A stretch of DNA of 63,877 nucleotides, filler included, from Octopus bimaculoides (GCF_001194135.2; 4 parts of 4 records of this genome joined end to end with filler, not necessarily neighbours in it); one strand, 5' to 3'; numbered from the whole stretch's first letter, positions 1-11,082 are shown. Notes: a model not told the origin generated them from the sequence alone. Numbers and translations: made by a program.

Positions 1-108
1 TGTCGCCATTTTATATTTTAAATTTCGTGCATGCACATTGCTTTCGGTTTTGTCGACTACACAATATAGTAGGGTCAGTTGGGCACCGTCTGTGAGAAAA
101 ACACCACC

Positions 109-230
109 ATGACGCAATTCACTCTGCCAGAAATTTGGAAACGACATGCTGTACTGATTGGCATTCGCGACGGAAGCTCCAATACGAACATTTCACTGTG
201 TTTGGAAGTTAACCCGAGGACAGGTCAATC
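109..230 (+). mobile_element. Tc1/mariner-superfamily transposase N-terminal fragment (decayed)
   Basis: ATG at 109 reads MTQFTLPEIWKRHAVLIGIRDGSSNTNISLCLEVNPRT, which I recognise as an HTH-type N-terminus of an invertebrate Tc1/mariner family. Similarity is lost after ~230. Recognition from memory, not a search. Confidence 0.55.
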
Positions 231-675
231 TGAGGACATGTATTACAATAAATTTAGTGGTTATTTAAGTAATGTGTTCGCGGATGGTTAATAGATTGGA
301 CGCAGTGCTGAAGAAGGAGCAATAACTTTTGAAATATGTATATACACCCATTATCTATTTTCTATCATCGTTGGCATTGTTTACATAGACGTATTCGTGA
401 ACGAAACGTTGTAACTTGCAGTGCTGCTCTAATTTTTATAGGAAATTTGCAGAGATAACTTAAAAAAGTGACACACACACACACACACACACACACACGC
501 GCGCGCATACAAGCGATACACTGTCATCTGTTGGGATTGGCACGTCGATTAGAAGGCATTTCCTTGATGATCTGTGACAACTATATCCGGTTTCTCTACC
601 TGTGTGTATTGATATATCTCAGAGTAAGGTTGCTTTGTCATTTTCTGAGACCTTTTCTAGGATATTAATAATATG

Positions 676-797
676 ATCCCGGTACTTATTTTCTTAAGCT
701 TAGAACTTATTCTATCGATCTCTTTTGCCGAACAGCTAATTCGTGGGGACGTAAACACACCAGCACCGGTTGCCAAGCGGTGGTCGTGGTGGACACA
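676..797 (-). mobile_element. SINE 3' body fragment (CORE-like SINE family, cf. 34408-34840)
   Basis: gtacttatt...ttctatcgatctcttttgccgaac...ggggacgtaaacacaccagc matches the body of the full copy at 15110-15514. Confidence 0.75.
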
Positions 798-1324
798 CAC
801 GCACACACATACACATACACAGAAGTACACACATATATATATTTAAATATATATATATATATATATATANNNNNNNNNNNNNNNNNNNNNNNNNNNNNNN
901 NNNNNNNNNNNNNNNNNNNNNNNNNNNNNNNNNNNNNNNNNNNNNNNNNNNNNNNNNNNNNNNNNNNNNNNNNNNNNNNNNNNNNNNNNNNNNNNNNNNN
1001 NNNNNNNNNNNNNNNNNNNNNNNNNNNNNNNNNNNNNNNNNNNNNNNNNNNNNNNNNNNNNNNNNNNNNNNNNNNNNNNNNNNNNNNNNNNNNNNNNNNN
1101 NNNNNNNNNNNNNNNNNNNNNNNNNNNNNNNNNNNNNNNNNNNNNNNNNNNNNNNNNNNNNNNNNNNNNNNNNNNNNNNNNNNNNNNNNNNNNNNNNNNN
1201 NNNNNNNNNNNNNNNNNNNNNNNNNNNNNNNNNNNNNNNNNNNNNNNNNNNNNNNNNNNNNNNNNNNNNNNNNNNNNNNNNNNNNNNNNNNNNNNNNNNN
1301 NNNNNNNNNNNNNNNNNNNNNNNN

Positions 1325-1514
1325 TAAAAAAAACAATAACAAAAAAACAAAAAAACAACAAAGTGAGGACGTGATATGGATAGTATTATTGGACGCTCAG
1401 GAAAGGAAAGAGAGAGTGTATGACGTTTCGGGCGTAGCCCTTCGTCGGAAGGATGGAAAGTTCGGAGAATGGAAGAACGGAGAAAGAGGAAAATGGTACC
1501 GATGCCCACGAGGT
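1325..1514 (-). mobile_element. PLE-type terminal repeat fragment with hammerhead motif (copy 1)
   Basis: Near-identical to 6841-7030. Minus strand contains CCGACGA-A-GGGC-TAC-GCCC-GAAAC-GTC (1448-1422). Confidence 0.7.
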
Positions 1515-1564
1515 ATATGTATGTATATGTGCATGCATTTATGTGTGTGAATGCGTGCATGCGC

Positions 1565-1595
<31 letters not shown>

Positions 1596-2134
1596 TGTGT
1601 GTGCATTTATGTTTTAGTTGAAAAGGTTAAAGACCTTTTAACCTGTTTAAAGTTTCGATTCAGAAGTCAGAAAATATAATTCGTTACTTGTCTGTTTCTT
1701 TATCTGTAAACGCTTAGAATTCTTTTTCTGGAGAGCATTGAAAATTTAAATCTGAACATTGCGATTCAAGCGCAACAATTTTGTAGTTTAAATTTATGAA
1801 TCTATTTGTGTTTTTTTTATTTATTATTCTTTATCAAAATTGAAAGAGGAATTTTAGTAGATATATAAAATAGTAGCTATGATATGATAAATTCACAAAT
1901 ATTGACTTTGAAAACGATCTGCTCATCGAAAAATTTATTAGCAGTTTCATATGTCATCTAGTTTAAGCACAATCTTGACGTTTGTTTGTTCAATGTTAAA
2001 TTTTTCCGTCTTGTATATAGAACCAGTTACTTTATTTGTATGCAAAGTCTAGTAGTTTACATAACCAACCCAAGTTGTACGTGCAATAAATCTCATAGTG
2101 TCTATAGTCGTAGATGAGAATAGTGCATAACCAG

Positions 2135-2303
2135 TTTCAGGGGAGCTTCTATAAGGTCAGTCGGCCTGTTAGAAATAACAACGAAATCTCCCTAAATCAC
2201 GCCTTACTGTCTTATAAAAGTCCAAGATACATTATGCCTAAAAAGAATGGTTGGAATGATTCTGATCATTACTCTACACGATCAGGGCTGACCTGGAATT
2301 AAA
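2135..2303 (+). repeat. Interspersed repeat fragment (SINE-like 3' region)
   Basis: Ends in gatcagggctgacctgg; reverse-complement matches at ~15061-15080 (caggtcagccctgat) and a diverged copy at ~48185-48330. Confidence 0.4.
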
Positions 2304-3384
2304 GACCACCACAACCACCACCACCACCACCAGCACTAGCGACACCAACACTAGCGTCACCAGCACTAACACCGGTATCACCAGCACAACCACCACCACC
2401 ATCACTAACAATATCAACAACAACCGCTACACAACAGCAACAACCTGTTCCAGGTTTCGCAAAACACATAAAAATAACGCTGTTGTCATAATGGAGAATT
2501 ACCTAAAAATTTAAAGACTTCCGTAACTTTCCAAACTTACGGAAGAAATTAATGGAGAAACCATTCCTCCAATATCTCCAAACTTCATTTTATAGAAATT
2601 AAATTACAGATCAGCAGCCATTAACTAAAAGTTTGGTTTCTTCCAATTTGTGGTACCTTTTCGTGAAAAAAATGCAAGACTACATTGTATCTCGGTGGGG
2701 GTCATTACGCCAATAATAAACACTCTCCCTGGTTCCAATTCACTTCTTTATCATTCATTGATTGGTTAATTATTTAACCATCTAACTAATCGATTGTTTG
2801 ATTAATTTTTCAATTGATCACTCGACCAGTCATATTTGTCGGAGTTCTTTCTTCGCCATTCGTGACCTCCCCGATGAAATGCCTTCTTTGCTCCAGGCTA
2901 ACTTCAGATCCGTTAGTTGGTTAGATAGTTAATCAATTAACGAGTAAAGTAAATCAACGAATCAGTGCGTGTGTTTTTACTAGCGTACTGATCCTCCCAA
3001 AATACAAAAAAAAGAAGAAAAAAAATCTGTTTTCAGCACGCGAGTTTAAATCAAGAATCTTGCAAACTAAACAGAAAAATGAAATGGAAGACTAGTTTTC
3101 TATTATCTTCATGCAATTAAGTGTTCAAAATAGATGCTGTCGGCTGGAGCCAATCCCACCCAACCGTCAGCCATGCAGTTTATTCGACATTATATCAATG
3201 AGCCAATGAAGGAGAGAGAGCCTGTCCGTGTTCTTTCACATGCTAGGAATAACAACCAAATCTCCTTCAAACCGCATCGTACTGCCTGAAACGAACGATA
3301 CATTCGATCATAAAAGGGCAGGATGGTTGCAGCTGGAACCCCTTTGGTCGTAAGTGCATTCAGTCAGCAATAACCTGAGGTTAA

Positions 3385-3645
3385 ACATCATCACAAAACC
3401 AACGTCGTTATGGTGGTGGTCCTCCTCCTCCTTATCATCATCGTCATCACCATCGTTATAACCGTCGTCGTCATCGTTGTCGTCGTCACCAGCACCATCG
3501 TCATCGTCATCGTCATGATCATCGTCGTCGTCGTCGTCGTCGTCGTCATCATCATCGTTATAGTCGTCGTCGTCGTCATCGTCATCAGTACCGTTGTCAT
3601 CGTCATCAGCATCAACGTCATCGTCGTCATCATCATCCCACTGAT
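3385..3645. repeat. (TCA/TCG)n trinucleotide low-complexity tract
   Basis: Directly visible; gives rise to spurious poly-D/poly-V ORFs. Confidence 0.95.
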
Positions 3646-3979
3646 GTAGCTTGTATTTAATGCCAAATTTCCAACTCCCAAAAGACCAAGATGCAAGTAA
3701 GCCAAAACAAAACAAAACAAAACAAAAACATATTTCATTCACCTATTGTGTGCGACGTATAATAATTAACTGTATAATAATTAGCCGTAATTATTTAGAT
3801 GTAAGTAGTGCACAGTGTTCAGTTAGCTGTGACCAGTTATAACTGGCTGTAACTAGTTAGATTAGCTATAATTATTTTTGACTAATTGTAGTTATGTAAT
3901 ATTTACAACTAACTGTGATATATTTAATACATTTAACGTGTTTAGTTAATCTTTTTATATCACGAATCATCCATCCATT

Positions 3980-4398
3980 TTCTCCGCCTACTATTCCTTG
4001 GAGAGTCGTGGAATTAGACTCTCCACGCACCTCCACCGTAGGGTCCTAGTCTTATACTTTCTGGTTGTGTTCCCAAGCGTGACCAATTGAGACTATGGGT
4101 ATTATCCAACCATCTTGCTCTTAGTTCTACCCCTAGGTCTCCTGCCAGTTGGTTCGGCTTGAACCCGTTTCGCAATTCTTTCTTGTGATATTTTAATCAC
4201 ACGTCTGTAGTACTGGAGCTATAACTACTCGATGCGGAAAAGTAGCGGCTTGACCTGAATGGACTCATTGATCTCCGAGCTACGAACCCTGTCGAGTAAC
4301 GTTAATTAGGAGATCCTTCGGAGGAACCCAATTTCGGTTGCTTATATTTGCAATCGTACTCTTTCGTCATTATCCAACATTCATGACCTTAGATGAGG
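3980..4398 (-). mobile_element. RTE-clade LINE, 3' end of RT ORF (5'-truncated, decayed)
   Basis: Minus-strand translation with frameshifts: GHECWIMT...EIGFLRRI...LLDRVRSSEINESIQVKPLLFRIE...RVIKISQERIAKRVQAEPTGRRPRGR...WLDNTHSLNWSRLG, the characteristic RTE C-terminal region. Confidence 0.85.
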
Positions 4399-4962
4399 AG
4401 AAACACGAAAACCAAACTAAAGAAAGCAAATTCGTTTTTTTTTTTTTTTTTTTTTTTACCGGCCTCTTCTCTTCTGAATCGAAATAATTTCTCCTCATTT
4501 GTTTCTAAAATTTATTGGAAAATATATTACAATGAGTCTTGCAAATGTTTCGTAGTCTCGAATGTGTGGATAAGCCGAAACAAAATTATCATAGTCTTAA
4601 TGTATTTTACCAGATTACTTCACAGATTAGTGAAGGAACAAGTAGAAAATGCAATCAAACTACTATGTTTTATCAAGAATACAACGTAACACGATATTAG
4701 AGAACATACAATCAGACTTAATTTTGATACAGATGTTTTATTGAAGTAACTACTACAAGTTGATACAGAAGCATATATACAAGCCTATACGATTAGTGAA
4801 TGGTGATTAATAGAGAATAACAAAAAATACGAAAGATGAGCAGCTGTACGTAGAAAACTGATGCATTTTAAGTCTGAGAATTAAAAAGAAAAACATAATC
4901 ATCTAGATATTTCCTATTTAAGAGTAACCTTGTAAATCTACTTCTGAGAAAAGATGTTCTTT

Positions 4963-5640
4963 GCACGCTGGGCAAAATGCTTAACGGTATTTCGTCCGTC
5001 TTCAAGCTCTGAATTCAAATTCCGTTGAGGTTGAATTTGCCTTTCATCCTTTCGGGATCGATAAAATAAGCACCAGCTAAGGACTGGGGTTGATGTAACC
5101 AACTACTCCTCTTCTCCAAATTCCAGGCCCTGTGCCTAAAGTAGAAAGTATTATTATCGTTATTATGAAAGTGGTGAACTGGTAGAATCGGTAGCACGCT
5201 GGAAAAAGGGCTTAGCAGCATTTCTTCCATCTTTACGTTCTAAGTTCAAATTTCACCGAGGTCGACTTTGCTTTTCATCTTTTCGGAGCCAATGAAATGA
5301 GTACTGGAGTGAATGCAATCGATTTACCCCATCCCCTAACATTTCAGGCCTTGTGCCTATTGTAGAAAGGATTATTATTATTGACAGAGCAGCACATGCC
5401 ATTATAGCACCTTTACTTCTACAATTTTATCACCTTTAATTCTATTATTAGGTGGAATTGTTAACGCGTCGAACATTTCTGCTGACTCTAAGTTTTCTGT
5501 TCAAATCCCACCCGTTTTGATTTCGCTTTTCATCTGCTCAGGAGCAATAAAATAAGTACCAATCGAGCAACTGAAGTCGATGTACTCGACTTACTCTCTC
5601 CCCTAAAATTGCTGGCCTTGTGCCTAACCTGAAATCATTA
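4963..5640 (+). mobile_element. Three head-to-tail copies of a tRNA-derived SINE (family E)
   Basis: Repeated unit ...gagttcaaattccgccgaggtcgactttgcctttcatcctttcggggtcgataaaataagtaccag...ggccttgtgcc, separated by (ATT)-rich tails; contains a B-box-like gagttcaaatt. Confidence 0.85.
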
Positions 5641-6049
5641 TTAGAAACCTAATATAACGTGTAATCGTCTGATATCTTATATATTAGTTTCATCTTGAAA
5701 AATTATCAACTATATATAAAACAATTTCTATGTAACGCTTTCTATAGTGTGAAAACATGTTTTGGAATTAATTTTTTTTGTTAGAAAACACGTCGAATAA
5801 TTCTTATATAATTTTGTTATCTAACGACCTGACTGTAATTGAGCTAACCTTAACAGGCATTTTATCAAAATATTCCAGTAATTTATTACTGCATAAATCA
5901 TGTATAGTAAGTTAACATTAAACAAATTCTTTATAGTCAGGTGATTTGATTTTATTATGAGAATCTGTATGGCTATTATAGTAATGTAGCTTGTGTGCTG
6001 CATTAATTGTCATTTTTCTGAATATTTTTAATGCATTTTCATTATGTAG

Positions 6050-6285
6050 AAAATGAACACGCGTGGTCTAGTGGTTAAAGTGCTGTATTCTCGACCGCGA
6101 TTTCGATTTCCGGACCGGGTGGTGCGTTGTGTTCCTGAGTAAAACAGTTCACGTTGCTCCAGTTCACTCAGCTGTAAGTAATACCGAGACGGACTGGCAT
6201 CCCGTTCAGCGGAGTGGGTGTATGTTGTGATCTCGGTCACTTATATGTCATGGAAATCGGGTAGCCGGATCTTAGGAATCCTAGG
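6050..6285 (+). mobile_element. tRNA-derived SINE with CORE-like segment (family B variant)
   Basis: Head gcgtggtctagtggttaaagtgctg...cgatttcgatttccggaccggg (A/B boxes), then gttgtgttcctgagtaaaaca...cacgttgctccagttcactcagctgt as in 31725 and 36669. Confidence 0.75.
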
Positions 6286-6294
6286 ACAAAATAC

Positions 6295-6470
6295 AGTAAT
6301 GTTCAGGGTGAATGATGATGTATATACAAAACCGTTATTCACTCGTGACGTCAGAGCAGAGTAATTCAAGGTTAATGAGCTAACAAGAATGACATTTTTG
6401 CTTGGTTTATAACAAAGAGAATTTGAAACATTTACGTGGAATAGATTAACATATATATCTGCCTGAATAC
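6295..6470 (-). CDS. Candidate internal coding exon of an unidentified extracellular protein
   Basis: Acceptor cattctttttAG at 6471-6472; open frame (G)IQADIYVNLFHVNVSNSLCYKPSKNVILVSSLTLNYSALTSRVNNGFVYTSSFTLNIT; donor GTattt at 6294. Three N-glycosylation sequons, non-repetitive sequence. No homolog recognised. Confidence 0.3.
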
Positions 6471-6804
6471 CTAAAAAGAATGAGTAAATGTATTTTTCCT
6501 TATTCATTTTCTATCTTCATGCTATTTATATTCTGTGAGTGAGTAGTAGCATTAGTGATAACTGGTATTACCAGACAACAGGCAAACTAAACAATATTTG
6601 TTTTTAGCTTTTAAAGCATTTAAAGCTATTTTTTTTAAAAATTAGGTTAGTCTGATACATTAATTAATGAAGTAAGTGCTAACATACTTAATGTAGTGAG
6701 TGTAATGATTATAAATAATCAAAACTTTTAGCCGTATGTGGAGCGGGGAGGGAAAAACATAAAGACAACGATGATGATACATACATACATTCATACATAC
6801 ATGC

Positions 6805-6840
<36 letters not shown>

Positions 6841-7030
6841 CAAAAAAACAATAACAAAAAAAACAAAAAAACAACAAAGTGAGGACGTGATATGGATAGT
6901 ATTATTGGACGCTCAGGAAAGGAAAGAGAGAGTGTATGACGTTTCGGGCGTAGCCCTTCGTCGGAAAGATGGAAAGTTCGGAGAATGGAAGAACGGAGAA
7001 AGAGGAAAATGGTACCGATGCCCACGAGGT
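6841..7030 (-). mobile_element. PLE-type terminal repeat fragment with hammerhead motif (copy 2)
   Basis: Near-identical to 1325-1514; HHR core at 6964-6938; TA-rich flanks. Confidence 0.7.
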
Positions 7031-7852
7031 TACATTATATATATATAAACAATATATGAGTATATGCATATATATGTACATGTATGTATATACGTTCATC
7101 TACATGTACATATAGATACATAACTGGGTACATGACGTGGCAAAAGAACAAGGACAAAATGGTANNNNNNNNNNNNNNNNNNNNNNNNNNNNNNNNNNNN
7201 NNNNNNNNNNNNNNNNNNNNNNNNNNNNNNNNNNNNNNNNNNNNNNNNNNNNNNNNNNNNNNNNNNNNNNNNNNNNNNNNNNNNNNNNNNNNNNNNNNNN
7301 NNNNNNNNNNNNNNNNNNNNNNNNNNNNNNNNNNNNNNNNNNNNNNNNNNNNNNNNNNNNNNNNNNNNNNNNNNNNNNNNNNNNNNNNNNNNNNNNNNNN
7401 NNNNNNNNNNNNNNNNNNNNNNNNNNNNNNNNNNNNNNNNNNNNNNNNNNNNNNNNNNNNNNNNNNNNNNNNNNNNNNNNNNNNNNNNNNNNNNNNNNNN
7501 NNNNNNNNNNNNNNNNNNNNNNNNNNNNNNNNNNNNNNNNNNNNNNNNNNNNNNNNNNNNNNNNNNNNNNNNNNNNNNNNNNNNNNNNNNNNNNNNNNNN
7601 NNNNNNNNNNNNNNNNNNNNNNNNNNNNNNNNNNNNNNNNNNNNNNNNNNNNNNNNNNNNNNNNNNNNNNNNNNNNNNNNNNNNNNNNNNNNNNNNNNNN
7701 NNNNNNNNNNNNNNNNNNNNNNNNNNNNNTATATATATATTTAAAATTTAAATAAGAGCTTTGACGCTAATATCTATATATATATTTTTTGCTCTTTTGG
7801 TAACGATTGCATGTTTTATCTTACTAAAACATTTGGTAGATATCATTATATG

Positions 7853-7904
<52 letters not shown>

Positions 7905-7944
7905 AAAGTGCGCGCGTGTGTGTGTTTGTGTGTGCGTCTATCTG

Positions 7945-8140
7945 TCTGTGTTTGTCCCACCACCACCACCACTTGACAACCGGTGTTGGTGTGTTTGTGT
8001 CCCCGTAACTTAGCGGCTCAGTACCAGGCTTTAAAAAAATAAGTACTGGGCTGGAGTCGGTTGACTGAAAAAAAATTCAAGGCAGTGCTCCAGCATGACC
8101 GCAGTTTAATGATAGAAACAAGTAAAACAATAAAAGAATA
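7945..8140 (+). mobile_element. SINE 3' body (CORE-like SINE family)
   Basis: acttgacaaccggtgttggtgtgtttgtgtccccgtaacttagcgg...gctccagcatgaccgcag...gaaacaagtaaaa matches 34630-34840. Confidence 0.8.
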
Positions 8141-8304
8141 TATGTAAATATAAACAATTGCAAAGAATACGGAAACTGGTACATCATCATATTTTTTCTT
8201 TTGATTTTTATTTTTCCGGTTAATTATATAGCATAATTGGTTTATGCGGCCGACACGTGTTTCTGTTGCATAGAGAATATGCAGTTGTATTTGCAACACG
8301 CTAT

Positions 8305-8453
8305 TTTCAGCTATGCACCTTCATTTAGATTCTGTCCACAAATGTGATTTGAAGGAAACTGATTAGTGAAATACGTTGGCCATGCATAAATATAGTCAGT
8401 TCGCTCTGAAGCACATTTGTGGACAGACCCTGAATGAAGGTGCATAGCTGAAA
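8305..8453. repeat. Inverted repeat, ~42-bp arms (8305-8346 / 8412-8453)
   Basis: tttcagctatgcaccttcatttagattctgtccacaaatgtg is the reverse complement of cacatttgtggacagaccctgaatgaaggtgcatagctgaaa with a few mismatches. Confidence 0.9.
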
Positions 8454-8498
8454 CTAGTTCACTGCAGATTAGAGAGAACAAGATGCATAGTAAAGTGA

Positions 8499-8499
<1 letters not shown>

Positions 8500-8565
<66 letters not shown>
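8500..8565. repeat. (CTAT)n microsatellite
   Basis: Directly visible. Confidence 0.95.
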
Positions 8566-8566
<1 letters not shown>

Positions 8567-8569
8567 TCA

Positions 8570-9250
8570 AGTATGTATCGATCCCCATCTCCCACATTTC
8601 TTGGTGTTCTCTTTCTTTAATCTTCCTACATTCCCTCCTCGTTTATCTCCCTTGTACCGTTGATTTCCTCTCTTTCTTGTTCTTCTCCTAATTCTTCAAT
8701 CCCTCTGCCTTTATCTCACTCCTTTCCTTTTACGTAACCGGTGTTCGTCAAGCATGATCTTTCTCTCTTGGCTCGATTGCCGGCCGTGGAACATCTCTTA
8801 TATTCCTGTTTCATGTCTTTCACCTCTTATGTTCATCTCCTGTGTTCCTGCCCCAAAGCTTTTACTTTACAAACGCCAGCTCATCTTGATTCGTCTTTAT
8901 TAGTCGAAAGACACCTGTCGTTATTTTCTTGTTGTTTGCATTTGTAATTGTGTAACATTTTCTCCGTTTTTTTTTGTCTTTGTTGTCGTACACATTCGTT
9001 TGCTTTCTCCCCCCAAATCTAATGCACTTAGCTTAGATTTTTTGGGGCCAGCCAGATTTGAACAGTCTCAAATGCAACCGACCGAAACTGTAAGGATGAT
9101 CTGGGAACTTGACTGATGAGGGAAGACTGCGAATGACCCGTCCTTGTTTCTTCCTGTCCATCTTTTTGTTGTCTTTTCTGTCCGTCTTTGTATCGTCCAA
9201 CTGTCCGGATGTTTTATTGCCGTCTGTTGCGTTTTTGTTCCAGTTTTTTA
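8570..9250 (+). mobile_element. Pyrimidine-rich interspersed repeat (family G, probable PLE terminal repeat) carrying a rearranged hammerhead
   Basis: Collinear with 59530-60122 over ~650 bp (e.g. agtcgaaagacacctgt, tttgtaattgtg, gtctttgttgccgtacacatt); ends at a (TA)n tract. PLE assignment is inferred from the HHR and the pyrimidine-rich composition. Confidence 0.7.
9052..9122 (+). ncRNA. Hammerhead ribozyme, non-circularly permuted strand order (candidate)
   Basis: ACA-GTC (9062-9067) then TCAA (9068-9071); CC-GAAA-CTGT (9082-9091); TTGA-CTGATGA-GG (9109-9121). Stem I TCAA/TTGA, stem II CC/GG, stem III ACAGT/ACTGT; all core nucleotides present. Confidence 0.7.
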
Positions 9251-9484
9251 AATTTATATATATATATATAAGTATATATATTTATACACATACACATATA
9301 AGTATATAAGTACACACACATACACACACACACGCACATAAAAATATATTTCATTAAATACGATTATGTTCGTTTTATCTTTTTTATTTTATATTTCCCA
9401 CATTTTCCCATTAGCTTTTTACAGTCGATTTGGAACTGTTGAGTTCCTAAATCCACATCCGTCGTTTCTAGATGTTTACAGTTT

Positions 9485-10140
9485 CATACATACATACATA
9501 CATACATACATACATACATACATACATACATACATACATAATGAGTGTGCGTGTGTGTATGTGAGACACACACACACACACACACACATGTACACACACA
9601 GAAAGAAAGAGAAGAGGAAAAATTATAAAATCATTTACTGTTCCATGCAAAAGTGTCATTCCAATCAGTTTATAGATCTCATCACATGCTACGTTATCAT
9701 AGAATTTCATTTGTTATTATTCTATCAAACTTTTACACGTCAAAATGTCATATTTTACAGGATATCATTTATAATGAAAGATAAAGAAAAAAATATGTAA
9801 GCGTGCGGACTGGAGGTCATCTTGTATCATGTGTGCGTGCGTGTGTGCGTGTGGCTATGTATGTATGTATGTATGTATGTATGTATGTATGTATGTATGT
9901 ATGTATGTATGTATGAATGTATCTATCTATCTTTCTATCTATCTTTCTATCTATATCTGTGTCTGTCCGCATGCCTGTCTGACTGCCTGCCTGCCAGTCT
10001 GTCTGTCTGACTGTCTGTCTATCTGTCTGTCTATGTATGTATGTATGTATGCATGTATGTATGTATGTATGCATGTATGTATGTATGTATGTATCTATCT
10101 ATCTATCGTTCTATCTATCTATCACTGTGTGTGTGTCTGT
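9485..10140. repeat. Compound (CATA)/(TATG)/(TCTA)/(CTGT) microsatellite region
   Basis: Directly visible; interrupted by unique sequence. Confidence 0.9.
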
Positions 10141-10152
10141 CTGTCTGCCTGT

Positions 10153-10310
10153 TTTCTTTTACTCTTTTACTTGTTTCTGTCACTGAGTCACTGGACTGCG
10201 GTCATGCTAGGGTACCGCCTCGAAAGGTTTAATCAAGCAAATCGACTCCTAATTAATTTTTAAAGTCTGGTACTTATCTCGTCGAACTTTTTTGTCGAAC
10301 CGCTTGGTTA
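10153..10310 (-). mobile_element. SINE 3' body fragment (CORE-like SINE family)
   Basis: ttttactcttttacttgtttctgtca...gactgcggtcatgctagggtaccgcc matches the tail end of 15110-15514. Confidence 0.8.
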
Positions 10311-11082
10311 CAAAGATATACATATATATNNNNNNNNNNNNNNNNNNNNNNNNNNNNNNNNNNNNNNNNNNNNNNNNNNNNNNNNNNNNNNNNNNNNNNN
10401 NNNNNNNNNNNNNNNNNNNNNNNNNNNNNNNNNNNNNNNNNNNNNNNNNNNNNNNNNNNNNNNNNNNNNNNNNNNNNNNNNNNNNNNNNNNNNNNNNNNN
10501 NNNNNNNNNNNNNNNNNNNNNNNNNNNNNNNNNNNNNNNNNNNNNNNNNNNNNNNNNNNNNNNNNNNNNNNNNNNNNNNNNNNNNNNNNNNNNNNNNNNN
10601 NNNNNNNNNNNNNNNNNNNNNNNNNNNNNNNNNNNNNNNNNNNNNNNNNNNNNNNNNNNNNNNNNNNNNNNNNNNNNNNNNNNNNNNNNNNNNNNNNNNN
10701 NNNNNNNNNNNNNNNNNNNNNNNNNNNNNNNNNNNNNNNNNNNNNNNNNNNNNNNNNNNNNNNNNNNNNNNNNNNNNNNNNNNNNNNNNNNNNNNNNNNN
10801 NNNNNNNNNNNNNNNNNNNNNNNNNNNNNNNNNNNNNNNNNNNNNNNNNNNNNNNNNNNNNNNNNNNNNNNNNNNNNNNNNNNNNNNNNNNNNNNNNNNN
10901 NNNNNNNNNNNNNNNNNNNNNNNNNNNNNNNNNNNNNNNNNNNNNNNNNNNNNNNNNNNNNNNNNNNNNNNNNNNNNNNNNNNNNNNNNNNNNNNNNNNN
11001 NNNNNNNNNNNNNNNNNNNNNNNNNNNNNNNNNNNNNNNNNNNNNNNNNNNNNNNNNNNNNNNNNNNNNNNNNNNNNNNNNN

